Part shown: piece after piece, positions 50,979-61,395 of the stretch | Position numbering within the stretch: position 1 is the stretch's first letter | Layout of the letters: each line of letters begins with the position of its first letter | Origin: Betaproteobacteria bacterium | GTDB taxonomy: Bacteria; Pseudomonadota; Gammaproteobacteria; Burkholderiales; JACQAP01 | DNA: 62,959 nucleotides | Direction: 5' to 3' | NCBI GenBank assembly: GCA_025351455.1 | Contig: JANXVW010000137.1 | Location: 1 to 62,959 of the forward strand | Notes under the pieces: model-generated | What the model was told of the DNA's origin: nothing | Databases searched by the model: none | What the model saw: the letters and a program-made list of their open reading frames with translations, nothing else | Made by a program: the position numbers and the translations under genes

Positions 50979-51156
50979 TGTCCCCTGCGGCGTTCGTCAG
51001 GCTGTAATTCTTTGAACCAATGTTAATCACCTTGGTTGCTGCCTAAAGTAGCGCTGTTGTGCGCGTCCCATCGGGAAGCGCCTGATGTGCTCGGAAAGCG
51101 ACCGCCTTGAACCCTAGGTTCAAGATGCCGGCCTGACGGGAATCGCGGGGGGCACC
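50979..51156 (+). ncRNA. ssrS: 6S RNA (SsrS)
   Basis: It is in the conserved position just after zapA. The 5' TCCCCTGCGGCGTTCGTCAGGC pairs with the 3' GCCTGACGGGAATCGCGGGGGG. The internal hairpin CCTTGAACCCTAGGTTCAAG matches E. coli CCUUGAACCAAGGGUUCAAG. The ends are accurate to about +/-5 nt. Confidence 0.8.
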
Positions 51157-51220
51157 CTTTTCCATAGCGAGAAAAGCGGGATGCGGGCGGCTTTGCTTTT
51201 GCTAAAGTCCGGCATCCGAT

Positions 51221-51251
51221 AGAGTTCCGGTATTCCGGAACTCTTTTTTTT
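51221..51251 (+). terminator. Rho-independent terminator downstream of ssrS
   Basis: AGAGTTCCGG-TATT-CCGGAACTCT followed by TTTTTTT. Confidence 0.75.
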
Positions 51252-51264
51252 GCGCGGCAGAATC

Positions 51265-51720
51265 ATGAATTACTGGCTGATGAAGTCCGAACCGGGCGTG
51301 TTCGGTGTCGACGATCTGGCGAAATCGCCCGGGAAGACCGCCGCCTGGTGGGGAGTCCGCAACTATCAGGCACGCAATTTCATGCGCGACCAGATGCTGG
51401 TTGGCGATCGCGTTTTCTTCTACCACTCGAGTTGCCCGGAACCTGGCATCGCGGGAATCGCCAAGGTGTCGAAGCTCGCCTATCCGGACGAAACGCAGTT
51501 CGATCACAAGAGCGAATATTTCGACCCCAAGGCTTCGCGCGACGCCCCGCGTTGGTTCAATGTCGACGTCACCCTGGTCAGGAAAACCCGCCTGCTGAGC
51601 CTGCCGGAAATGCACAAGCATGCGGAACTCGCCTCGATGCGCGTGCTCCAGCGCGGCAACCGGCTGTCGATTACCCCGGTGGAACCGCATGAAGCAGAGT
51701 TCATTCTGAAACTGCTATAG
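51265..51720 (+). CDS. EVE (PUA-like) domain protein
   Basis: MNYWLMKSEPGVFGVDDL......W.GVRNYQARNFMRD.M.VGDRVFFYHS: the canonical EVE N-terminus. Confidence 0.85.
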   Translation: MNYWLMKSEPGVFGVDDLAKSPGKTAAWWGVRNYQARNFMRDQMLVGDRVFFYHSSCPEPGIAGIAKVSKLAYPDETQFDHKSEYFDPKASRDAPRWFNVDVTLVRKTRLLSLPEMHKHAELASMRVLQRGNRLSITPVEPHEAEFILKLL

Positions 51721-51727
51721 CCGGGCT

Positions 51728-52528
51728 TTGCTCATGGAATGGTGGATCGTTTATCTGTTGATGGGTTTGTTCGTCGGTTTCTTTGCCGGACTGCTCGGCA
51801 TCGGCGGCGGATTGATTCTCGTGACCCTGATGGTGTACATGTTCACCGTACAGGAATTCCCGGCCGATCGCCTGCTGCACCTCGCACTCGGCACTTCCAT
51901 TGCCAGTATTGTCTTCACCTCGATTTCCAGTTTGCGCGCTCATCACAAACACGGTGCCGTGCGCTGGGACATCCTGCGTATTGCGGTGCCGGGACTGATC
52001 GCAGGCACCTTGTTCGGCACGTTCGTTGCCGACCAGATGAAATCGAAGTACCTGGCGATTTTTTTCGTCGTCTTCGTCTATTACTCGGCGGTGCAGATGT
52101 TCGCCAATGTGAAGCCGAAGCCGACGCGGCAGCTCCCCGGAAAAACCGGCATGACGGCGGTGGCGATAATCGTCGGCATAGTCTCGAGTCTAGTGGGCGT
52201 CGGAGGCGGTGTGATGACCATCCCGCTGATGAGTCTGTGCAACGTGCCCATGCGCCAGACCATAGGCACCTCGGCCGCGCTAGGCCTGCCGATTGCCCTC
52301 GCCGGTACGGTCGGCTTCATTGTTACCGGCCTGGGCAAGGACCATCTGCCGCCGCTCACCGTTGGTTACGTCTATCTGCCGGCGCTGGTCGGGATCGTGA
52401 TCGGCACTTTCGTCACGGTGCCGTGGGGAGCCAAGGCGGCCCATACCCTGCCGGTGACGACGTTAAAAAAGATTTTCGCGGTGATCCTGTTCATCCTCGC
52501 GACCAAAATGCTCTGGTCGCTGTTCTGA
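51728..52528 (+). CDS. TauE/SafE-family anion (sulfite) exporter membrane protein
   Basis: 266 aa, 7-8 TM segments, with the duplicated GxGGG motif (AGLLGIGGGLILV; LVGVGGGVMTIPLM). Confidence 0.8.
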   Translation: MLMEWWIVYLLMGLFVGFFAGLLGIGGGLILVTLMVYMFTVQEFPADRLLHLALGTSIASIVFTSISSLRAHHKHGAVRWDILRIAVPGLIAGTLFGTFVADQMKSKYLAIFFVVFVYYSAVQMFANVKPKPTRQLPGKTGMTAVAIIVGIVSSLVGVGGGVMTIPLMSLCNVPMRQTIGTSAALGLPIALAGTVGFIVTGLGKDHLPPLTVGYVYLPALVGIVIGTFVTVPWGAKAAHTLPVTTLKKIFAVILFILATKMLWSLF

Positions 52529-53146
52529 TCAGCGCGTCCTGAACCAACCGGCGATGCTCATGCGTTCGCGCGTCGCCGGCAGCACTTCGTGGGCGAATTG
52601 CGCGCTCAGAAAAGCCACCAGCCTGCCGCCCTGCGGCAACACGTCTGCGAATTCCGCGCAGTCTCCGTTGAGGTAAACGCGCAGCGCACCGCCCTCTTCC
52701 GCGAGCCAGTTTTCGTTCAGATAAAGCACGCAAGACAACTTGCGGTGGTCGTCGCCACGAAGCTGATCGACATGCCGGGTATAAAACGCACCCCGCGGAT
52801 AACAGGCGAAATGACATTCGAAGTCGAGCAAGCCCAGTTGCAATGTTCGGTTCAGCAAGAGCCGCAGCTTTTCGAAGCGCTCGAGGCAGTCGCGCTGCGC
52901 ATCGCCCGATCCGGGTGGCTGCATCCACAGGATTTCGTCGCTACGGATCTGCGGAAGCGTGCGGCGGCCTTTGCCGCGTCCGACCGCAGCATGATGGAAA
53001 TCCCCGCGCTTCTTCGATGCCCGGCATTCGCCGATGAGCGCGGCGGTCAACGCCGGCTCGATAAAATCATCGACCACCATCCAACCCTGCAGTGCGAGGC
53101 TGTCGGCGATCCGGTCGAGATTCTCCCGTTCGGTGAATCCGGCCAA
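52529..53146 (-). CDS. 2OG-Fe(II) oxygenase (prolyl 4-hydroxylase-like) protein
   Basis: YTRHVD...(HxD)...LSCVLYLN..W....GG.LR......RLVAFLS...HEVLPA. I infer a TTG start at 53146, because the long ORF-track version overlaps the upstream gene. Confidence 0.65.
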   Translation of the reverse strand: MAGFTERENLDRIADSLALQGWMVVDDFIEPALTAALIGECRASKKRGDFHHAAVGRGKGRRTLPQIRSDEILWMQPPGSGDAQRDCLERFEKLRLLLNRTLQLGLLDFECHFACYPRGAFYTRHVDQLRGDDHRKLSCVLYLNENWLAEEGGALRVYLNGDCAEFADVLPQGGRLVAFLSAQFAHEVLPATRERMSIAGWFRTR

Positions 53147-53159
53147 TGTGCGGCGGCGT

Positions 53160-54011
53160 CTAGACGCGCCCTGCCTTGAAGGTATCGCACGCCGGCAACT
53201 CGCCGGATTCCAGACCGCGCCGGAACCATTGAACGCGTTGTGCTGAGCTGCCGTGGGTGAAGCTTTCCGGGGCGACATAACCCTGCGCCTGCTTCTGCAG
53301 GCGATCATCCCCGATGGCGGCAGCAGCATTCAATCCGGATTCCACGTCACCAGCCTCAAGGATATGCCGCGAGCGGTTGGCATGGTTCGCCCAGATGCCC
53401 GCATAACAGTCGGCCTGCAACTCCTGGCGCACAGACAATTGGTTTGCGCGCTCCCCGCTCGCTCGTTCCATTGCCGCATGCACTTTGCCGGAAATGCCGA
53501 GCAGGTTTTGCACATGGTGGCCAATCTCGTGGGCCACGACATAGGCCTTGGCGAATTCACCCGGCGCGCCAAAGCGTTTCTCCAGCATTTTGTAGAAATC
53601 GAGATCGATGTAGACCTTGCGGTCTCCGGGACAGTAGAACGGCCCGACCGCGGATTGGGCGAGGCCGCAGGCAGAACGCACGGCACCCGTAAACAACACC
53701 AGTTTCGGCTTTTCGTAAGTGGACCCGCCGCGCTGGAATATTTCCCCCCAGGTATCTTCGGTATCCGCCAGGACGACTGACACAAAATCCTTGAGTTTGT
53801 CCTGCACCGGATCGACCGGAACAGCCTGCTGTTGACCGGAGGGCGCCGGCCCCTGGCCGGCATCCTGCAAGATTACGCGCGGATCGACACCAAAGAACAT
53901 GGCGATGAGGGCCATGACCACGACCCCCACGCCCCCACCGGCGATTCCGCCGATCCCTATTCCGCGCCGGTCTTCGACGTTCTCGCTACGCCTGCCGTTT
54001 TCCCAAAGCAT
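53160..54011 (-). CDS. ypfJ: YpfJ-type neutral zinc metallopeptidase
   Basis: MLWENGRRSENVEDRRG..., a TM segment, GPFYCPGD.KVYIDL.F, HEIGHHVQ (HExxH), and a C-terminal GSSAQRV.WF..G. Confidence 0.85.
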   Translation of the reverse strand: MLWENGRRSENVEDRRGIGIGGIAGGGVGVVVMALIAMFFGVDPRVILQDAGQGPAPSGQQQAVPVDPVQDKLKDFVSVVLADTEDTWGEIFQRGGSTYEKPKLVLFTGAVRSACGLAQSAVGPFYCPGDRKVYIDLDFYKMLEKRFGAPGEFAKAYVVAHEIGHHVQNLLGISGKVHAAMERASGERANQLSVRQELQADCYAGIWANHANRSRHILEAGDVESGLNAAAAIGDDRLQKQAQGYVAPESFTHGSSAQRVQWFRRGLESGELPACDTFKAGRV

Positions 54012-54037
54012 TGGCCCCTCCAGGATGTGCAACGCGG

Positions 54038-55537
54038 TTACTTGCCATAGCGCTCACGCAATAACGCTTTTTGCACCTTGCCCATTGCGTTGCGCGGCAA
54101 ATCTTCGACAACATGCACCTGCTTCGGCACCTTGTAGTTGGCAAAGTTCTTTTTCAGTTCGGCAATCATGGCAGCCGGATCGAGCTTGGCGTCTTTTCTC
54201 GCGACCACCACCGCGGCGACGGTTTCGCCAAAATCCGGATGCGGGACGCCGATGACCGCGGACTCCGCCACCCCGGGCAGTGCATCGAGCGCCAATTCGA
54301 TTTCTTTCGGATAGACGTTGTAGCCGCCGCTGATAATCAGATCCTTGGCGCGACCTACGATGGAAACATATCCGTCGGCATCGATCGTACCGACGTCGCC
54401 GGTCCGGAAATAACCGTCCGCGGTGAACTCCTCGCGGGTCTTCTCGGGCATGTGCCAGTATCCGGCAAACACGTTTTCACCCTTGATCTGAATGCCGCCG
54501 ACGTCACCGCGGGGCAGGGGCCGGTCCTGTTCGTTCGCCACTCTGACCGATACGCCTGTAAGCGGAAAGCCGACACTGCCGCCACGGCGTTGCGCATCGA
54601 GCGGGTTCGAGCAGATCATGCCCGCTTCCGACATGCCGTATCGCTCGAGGATGGTTTGCCCGCTGCGCGCCCGGAAATCCTCGAATGTCTCGAGCAGCAG
54701 CGGCGCAGATCCAGAAATGAAGAGGCGCATGTTGCGACACACTTCGCGATCGAACTGCGGCTGGGCCAGCAATCTCGTATAGAACGTCGGCACACCCATC
54801 ATCACAGTCGCACGCGGAAGATCGCGCAACACGAGCGCCGGATCGAACTTCCTGTGCCAGAGCACCCGCGCGCCGGACAACAACGCGCAATGATTGGCGA
54901 CGAACAGACCGTGGATGTGGAATACCGGCAGCGCATGCAGGAGCACATCGCGCTCGCTGAATCCCCAGCAATCGATCAGTGCGCGTGCATTGGACAGCAG
55001 ATTGCGATGCGTCACCATCGCGCCTTTGGAGCGCCCGGTTGTCCCCGACGTATACAGGATCACGGCGACATCGTCCGGTGCGGAGTCGACTGTCACGAAC
55101 TCACTGGGCAAGGCAGCGGCGGCGTCTGCCAGCGAACCGCGACCTTCCCCATCCAATGTCAGGACCCGCGTAGCGACAGCCGAGAGTTCGCGCATCAGGT
55201 CGAGTGACTCGGGCTTGCATACGACAATACGGGGCTGCGCATCCTGCAGGAAATACGTCAGTTCGCTGCGCTGATAGGCTGTGTTGAGGGGAAGGTAAAC
55301 CAGTCCTGCCCGCAGGCAGCCGAGATAGAGAAACAGGCTGGCGGGTGATTTTTCGACCTGCACGGCGACGCGATCGCCGCGCACTGCACCCGCTTCGATT
55401 AACAGGCGGGCAAACCGCGCGGATTCACGCGCGAGGTCGGCGCGCAGATGCGTTTTCCCGTCGTCTGTTTCGAGGAACACCCGCTCCGGGCCGGCATCAA
55501 TCGAGGCCGCAACCGCTGAATAGAAATTTGCCGTCAT
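54038..55537 (-). CDS. matB: Malonyl-CoA synthetase (malonate--CoA ligase, MatB-type adenylate-forming enzyme)
   Basis: The AMP-binding motif ILYTSGTTGRSKGAM, ...SGSAPL..., GYWHMPEKT...F..DGYFRTGD..., and a terminal GKVQK. Overall N-terminal similarity to rhizobial MatB, from memory. Confidence 0.75.
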   Translation of the reverse strand: MTANFYSAVAASIDAGPERVFLETDDGKTHLRADLARESARFARLLIEAGAVRGDRVAVQVEKSPASLFLYLGCLRAGLVYLPLNTAYQRSELTYFLQDAQPRIVVCKPESLDLMRELSAVATRVLTLDGEGRGSLADAAAALPSEFVTVDSAPDDVAVILYTSGTTGRSKGAMVTHRNLLSNARALIDCWGFSERDVLLHALPVFHIHGLFVANHCALLSGARVLWHRKFDPALVLRDLPRATVMMGVPTFYTRLLAQPQFDREVCRNMRLFISGSAPLLLETFEDFRARSGQTILERYGMSEAGMICSNPLDAQRRGGSVGFPLTGVSVRVANEQDRPLPRGDVGGIQIKGENVFAGYWHMPEKTREEFTADGYFRTGDVGTIDADGYVSIVGRAKDLIISGGYNVYPKEIELALDALPGVAESAVIGVPHPDFGETVAAVVVARKDAKLDPAAMIAELKKNFANYKVPKQVHVVEDLPRNAMGKVQKALLRERYGK

Positions 55538-55544
55538 CGACGAT

Positions 55545-56810
55545 TCAAATCAGCGTGTCGATTACGCCGGCGCGCATGTAATCTTCCACGCCGCCCGGCT
55601 CGCTGCGCCGGCGCAGGACGCGCGCCATGGCGGCGGGCGGCAGCACTTGCACGTTTGCGCCTGGCAAAGCGACGACGCGTGCAGCCGGCGCAGCCAGTGC
55701 GACATAAATCCCGCCGGCTGCATCGCCGAGGACTTGCAAGGTTACCCGGTGTCCGTTCAGGCGCAACGACGACAGCACCAGGGCGAGGTGCGCGATATAT
55801 TCAGAAAGCATGACTCGTTCGTCGCGCACGGTCGGTGCCTGCCCGGGAGAATCGAGGAAAACCGTCACAGGCTCGCCGGGTCGTTCCCCGGCCATGGCCA
55901 GGCATTCGCCGGCCAGCGTCCACGCCGCCAGCGCTCCCACCGGATTACCGTCGATAAATCCGAAAAACGCGTTCGACGAGGTTTTACTGCTGCGGCCGAA
56001 CAACACCCCATCCATCCGGTGCAGTTCTACGCCCTCGGGAATGATCTCGTGGAGCATCGCCGGCAGGTTGCCCGACGCACTGCGCGGCGGTGAGGGCGCC
56101 ATCCCCTGTGCGAGCAGACGCGTGCCGAGCCGAGTGTGCTGCTCGCGCAGGTTGGGTGGCACGGCTGTCGCGCAACCTGCAATCCAGTCGCGCGCCGCGT
56201 TGCGATAAGCATCCAACGAGTCTTCGCACAAGCGATCTGCCGGCAGCAGTTGCGAACGCGCCGCGCCGCCCATCAACGCGGTCACTGCGCCCGCATCGGT
56301 TGCATCGAGTTCGGCGATGCCGCCCAATGCCTGGATGACGGCCGGACCCGACATCGCCAAGCGCGAAGACTCGCTGTAGACACGTTGCGCGCAGGTGGCG
56401 GCAAGCATGCTCGCGCCGCCGAAGCAGTCGCGCCCGATCAGGCCGAGCATTTGCAATCCGGCCAGCCGCAGGTCGAGCACATGCCGGTAGAGCTGGCGAA
56501 ACGCACCCAAGGCGGCCAACCCCTCGTCGAGCCGCGCGCCCGCGGAATCCAGGCAAAAAATAAACGCCCGGCCCGCGGCATGGCTTTGCTCCAGCAAAGT
56601 GGACAACGCCTGGGCCTCGGCAACACCGAGCGATCCGCCGGCGACGTGCCTGTCGGTCGCGATCAGCGTTACTTCGCAGCCGCCGATCATGCCGATGCGG
56701 GCGATCATCGAGCCATGCGCCTGCGCCTGGCCGCGCTCCGGCGTGCCGCTGTCGAGCAGCGCCGTAATACGCTGCGCCGGCGGACTTGCCGAAAATAGAT
56801 CTCCCGGCAT
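55545..56810 (-). CDS. Fused malonate-decarboxylase beta/gamma (MdcD-MdcE-like) carboxyltransferase
   Basis: The N-terminal half has MdcD-like blocks (GGSLGVAEA, DSAGARLDEGLAALG, CFGGASMLAA, LAMSGPAVIQALGG). The C-terminal half has MdcE-like blocks (VFLDSPGQAP.VRDE, GGIYVALAAPA). The ATG at 56810 overlaps the upstream stop (TGATG). Confidence 0.7.
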   Translation of the reverse strand: MPGDLFSASPPAQRITALLDSGTPERGQAQAHGSMIARIGMIGGCEVTLIATDRHVAGGSLGVAEAQALSTLLEQSHAAGRAFIFCLDSAGARLDEGLAALGAFRQLYRHVLDLRLAGLQMLGLIGRDCFGGASMLAATCAQRVYSESSRLAMSGPAVIQALGGIAELDATDAGAVTALMGGAARSQLLPADRLCEDSLDAYRNAARDWIAGCATAVPPNLREQHTRLGTRLLAQGMAPSPPRSASGNLPAMLHEIIPEGVELHRMDGVLFGRSSKTSSNAFFGFIDGNPVGALAAWTLAGECLAMAGERPGEPVTVFLDSPGQAPTVRDERVMLSEYIAHLALVLSSLRLNGHRVTLQVLGDAAGGIYVALAAPAARVVALPGANVQVLPPAAMARVLRRRSEPGGVEDYMRAGVIDTLI

Positions 56811-57940
56811 CAGACGCCGCACCAGCGCCGCGCGATTTCCTCGTACGCGGCTACCGATTCCGTTACGCGATCGACGACGCAATACTCATTGGTCTGGTGC
56901 GCCATCTGCGCTTCGCCCGGCCCGAGAATGACCGTAGGAGGCGTGTTGTAGGCAACGTTCAGCGCCGCGGCGTCAGTGAAGTAAGTTGCCACCCGCGGCT
57001 CCGGACGATTGCCCAGAAATGGTTGCATGACTTCGAAAACTTCCTGGACCCACGGATGAGCTGGCGCCGTGTACACGCTCTCCAGGTCGAGGAAAGCCTC
57101 GAGCTCGACTTCCGGACCAAGCTGGCGCATCAGTTCGGCTTTCAACTCCGAATGCTTGATGCCGGGGATCGTTCGGATATCAATGCCGATCACCGCCTCG
57201 TCGGGCACGGAGTTGATGTTGAGCCCGCCGCGGATCGTGCCAACATTCAGTGTTGCCTGGCCCATAAGGGGGTGCGGCGGATTGGTGAAGCGGAAGTTCT
57301 CCAGGATCGAAACGGCGCGCGCCGCCTTGAACACCGCGTTCACGCCTTTTTCCGGCATCGACCCGTGCGCGGTGACGCCGCGGGTGCGTGCATTCAGCCA
57401 GAACGCGCCACGATGGCCAACGAAGGGATAATTCGATGATGGCTCGCCGACCACGACCGCGCCGGCGCGGCCAAGCGCGCCGGTCTTATGCGTGAGATGG
57501 AAGGCGCCTTCACAACCTGTTTCCTCGCCTGCGGTGATCACCAGTTCCAGGCCGGGGGATCGCGCCAATTTGTCAGCGAGGTTCAGCGAAGCGACGACGA
57601 AAGCCGCTACACCGCCTTTCATGTCGCTGGATCCCCGCCCGTAGAGCTTGCCGCCCTCCGTGTCTGCGGCGAACGGATCCATCTTCCACTGCGCCGCGCC
57701 GAGCGGCACGGTGTCGATGTGCCCGGTGAAGCACAGTGGCGCCTTGTCAGCGGAACCGCCGATGGTCGCCACCAGGCTCGCGCGTTGCGGTGACAGTTCG
57801 TGATACTTGATCGAAAAACCGGCTTTCTCCAGCAAGATGCCAAGGTGACGGGCGCATTGCGTTTCCTGGCCCGGGGGATTAATGGTATTCATGCGCACGA
57901 TCTGTTTGGTGAGTTCAATCGCGTCGGGATAGGCCGCCAT
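56810..57940 (-). CDS. M20-family (ArgE/DapE-like) amidohydrolase/deacylase
   Basis: IVRMNTINPPGQE...FTGHIDTVP...LYGRGSSDMKGG...AGEETG...; 376 aa from the ATG at 57940. Confidence 0.8.
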   Translation of the reverse strand: MAAYPDAIELTKQIVRMNTINPPGQETQCARHLGILLEKAGFSIKYHELSPQRASLVATIGGSADKAPLCFTGHIDTVPLGAAQWKMDPFAADTEGGKLYGRGSSDMKGGVAAFVVASLNLADKLARSPGLELVITAGEETGCEGAFHLTHKTGALGRAGAVVVGEPSSNYPFVGHRGAFWLNARTRGVTAHGSMPEKGVNAVFKAARAVSILENFRFTNPPHPLMGQATLNVGTIRGGLNINSVPDEAVIGIDIRTIPGIKHSELKAELMRQLGPEVELEAFLDLESVYTAPAHPWVQEVFEVMQPFLGNRPEPRVATYFTDAAALNVAYNTPPTVILGPGEAQMAHQTNEYCVVDRVTESVAAYEEIARRWCGV

Positions 57941-57953
57941 GTTCTCTGTCTCC

Positions 57954-58330
57954 TCAGTTCCTTTCGAAGTACGCGGCCCGCACTTCGGCGTTTTCACGCA
58001 ATGCCGCAGCATCGGCCTCGGCAACCACCTTGCCTTGCGTCAGCACATAGGCGTGATGCGCAATGGCCAGTGGCTGTTTCAAATTCTGTTCGACCAGCAA
58101 TATTGTGACGCCAGTTTCATTTTGCCAGACATGGTACCCGCAAGCGGGCGGAGGCGCTCTTTGAGCCGCGGCAAAGTGTCGAATACCCCGGCACGCGTGG
58201 TGGTGGTATCGGCGGTGGCATTTGCGCAGGCGCTTATCAGCAGGTTTTCCCGCACGGTCATTCTCGGAAAGACTTCGCGGCCTCCGGATAGAGAAAGGAG
58301 GGTATTGAGCGCATCCGGCATAGGTAACGC
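57954..58330 (-). pseudogene. Decayed LivF-type branched-chain amino-acid ABC transporter ATPase remnant
   Basis: One frame gives ...GGREVFPRMTVRENLL...VFDTLPRLKERLRPLAGTMSG. A second frame then continues GVTILLVEQNLKQPLAIAHHAYVLTQGKVVAEADAAALRENAEVRAAYFERN*. Walker A, the signature motif and Walker B are missing. Confidence 0.7.
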
Positions 58331-58343
58331 GCCGGACCAGGGC

Positions 58344-58375
58344 AAAAAAAGAGCGGCACGCGGCCGCTCTTTTTT
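58344..58375 (-). terminator. Rho-independent (bidirectional-type) terminator after atpC
   Basis: AGAGCGGC-ACGCG-GCCGCTCT is flanked by an A7 run and a T5 run. On the minus strand the stem is followed by TTTTTTT. Confidence 0.8.
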
Positions 58376-58389
58376 CAAAACGCGATTTT

Positions 58390-58809
58390 CTACTTCTTGC
58401 GCAATCGGCGGATGGCAGCCAGTTGCGCCGCCATCATCGAGAATTCCGCTTGTAACGTGGCGATTTCCTGTTTGTCTGTCGCATTCCTCAGGGCTTCCTC
58501 GGCGCGTTCTTGGGCTTCGAGCGCCTTGGCCTCGTCGAGGTCATGCCCGCGAATTGCTGTATCGGCCAGTACGGTGACCATGGAGGGCTGGACTTCGAGA
58601 ATGCCGCCCGCTACGAAAATCAGGTTCTCTTCACCGCCGCCCGCGGGCTTGATCCTCACCGCGCCCGGCTTGATTCGCGTGATCAGTGGCGTATGCCGGG
58701 GATAGATGCCGAGTTTGCCGGCTTCTCCCGGCAGGACGACGAATTCCGCTTCGCCGGAGAAAATCTGCTGTTCGGCGCTGACGACGTCTACGTGAATGGT
58801 GTTGGCCAT
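58390..58809 (-). CDS. atpC: F0F1 ATP synthase subunit epsilon
   Basis: [44 protein letters not shown]...; 139 aa from the internal ATG at 58809. Confidence 0.92.
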   Translation of the reverse strand: MANTIHVDVVSAEQQIFSGEAEFVVLPGEAGKLGIYPRHTPLITRIKPGAVRIKPAGGGEENLIFVAGGILEVQPSMVTVLADTAIRGHDLDEAKALEAQERAEEALRNATDKQEIATLQAEFSMMAAQLAAIRRLRKK

Positions 58810-58823
58810 TATTGACTTTCGCC

Positions 58824-60257
<1,434 letters not shown>

Positions 60258-60306
60258 CTAAAACGTAATTCGAATTCGTTGAGGGTGTTTAATCAGACCG
60301 CCTGGG

Positions 60307-60490
60307 CACCTGGACGATTTGGTCTCCCCATCACATTCGCACAGTGAACAAGGGTGTCGCCCATCGTTGCCCGGCGCAGCGCATTCATACTGCCGCCGCA
60401 CCTGGAAGATTTGGTCTCCCCATCACGCTCGCACAGCGAGCATGAGTGTCGCCCATCGTAGCCCGGCGCGGCGTCTTCATACTGCCGCCG
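60307..60490. repeat. Two-copy 92-bp tandem duplication spanning the atpG stop codon and the atpG-atpD spacer
   Basis: CACCTGGA(C/A)GATTTGGTCTCCCCATCAC...GTGTCGCCCATCGT.GCCCGGCGC.GCG...TTCATACTGCCGCCG occurs at 60307-60398 and again at 60399-60490. Each copy ends with TCATACTGCCGCC, which is the atpG stop codon plus its last codons. Confidence 0.8.
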
Positions 60491-61340
60491 CTCCGCCGAC
60501 GATCTCTGACAATTCTTTCGTGATGGCTGCCTGGCGGCTCTTGTTGTAAACCAGGGTCAGCTCGTCGATCAGCGTCGCGGCATTGTCGGACGCGGATTTC
60601 ATCGCCACCATGCGCGCCGATTGTTCCGACGCCATGTTTTCCGACACGCCCTGATAAACCACGGCCTCAATGTATCGCGTGAGCACCTGGTCCAAAACAA
60701 CCTTGGCTTCCGGCTCGTAGATGTAATCCCAGTTGCCTTCCGGCGTGCCAATCCGCTCACCGGTAAGTGGCAGCAATTGTTCCATCACCGCTTCCTGCTT
60801 CATGGTGTTGATGAAGCGGGTATAGAAAATGATCACGCGGTCGAAACGGTCTTTCGTGTAACCATCGAGCATGATCTTGACGGCTCCGATCAGATCTTCA
60901 AGCTTCGGCCGGTCACCCAGGGCAATCGACTGCGAAATGATGTTCGCGCCGAGACGCTGCATGAAACCGAGGCCCTTGCCGCCGATGCAACAGACATCGA
61001 TCTCTTCGCCCTCAGCCTGCCATTGCTTGTACTGGTTCAGCGCCATGCGCAGGATGTTGGTGTTCAGTGCGCCGCACAGGCCTTTGTCTGTGGTCACGAC
61101 GATGATGCCGACGCGCTTTACCGTATCGCGCTCGACAAGGAACGGATGGCGATACTCGGGATTGGCGTGCGAAATATGCGCCGCGACGTTGCGGATTTTC
61201 TCGGCATACGGACGCGCCGCACGCATGCGCTCCTGCGCCCTGCGCATTTTCGAAGCAGCGACCATTTCCATCGCCTTGGTGATCTTGCGAGTGTTCTGCA
61301 CACTCTTGATCTTGGTGCGTATTTCTTTTGTGCCCGCCAT
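60477..61340 (-). CDS. atpG: F0F1 ATP synthase subunit gamma
   Basis: [36 protein letters not shown]......[15 protein letters not shown]. Confidence 0.97.
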   Translation of the reverse strand: MAGTKEIRTKIKSVQNTRKITKAMEMVAASKMRRAQERMRAARPYAEKIRNVAAHISHANPEYRHPFLVERDTVKRVGIIVVTTDKGLCGALNTNILRMALNQYKQWQAEGEEIDVCCIGGKGLGFMQRLGANIISQSIALGDRPKLEDLIGAVKIMLDGYTKDRFDRVIIFYTRFINTMKQEAVMEQLLPLTGERIGTPEGNWDYIYEPEAKVVLDQVLTRYIEAVVYQGVSENMASEQSARMVAMKSASDNAATLIDELTLVYNKSRQAAITKELSEIVGGAAAV

Positions 61341-61395
61341 CGATTCTCAGTCCGGATTACAGGGTTGTCGTTGCAGCGTTGCCGCTCGCTGCCCG

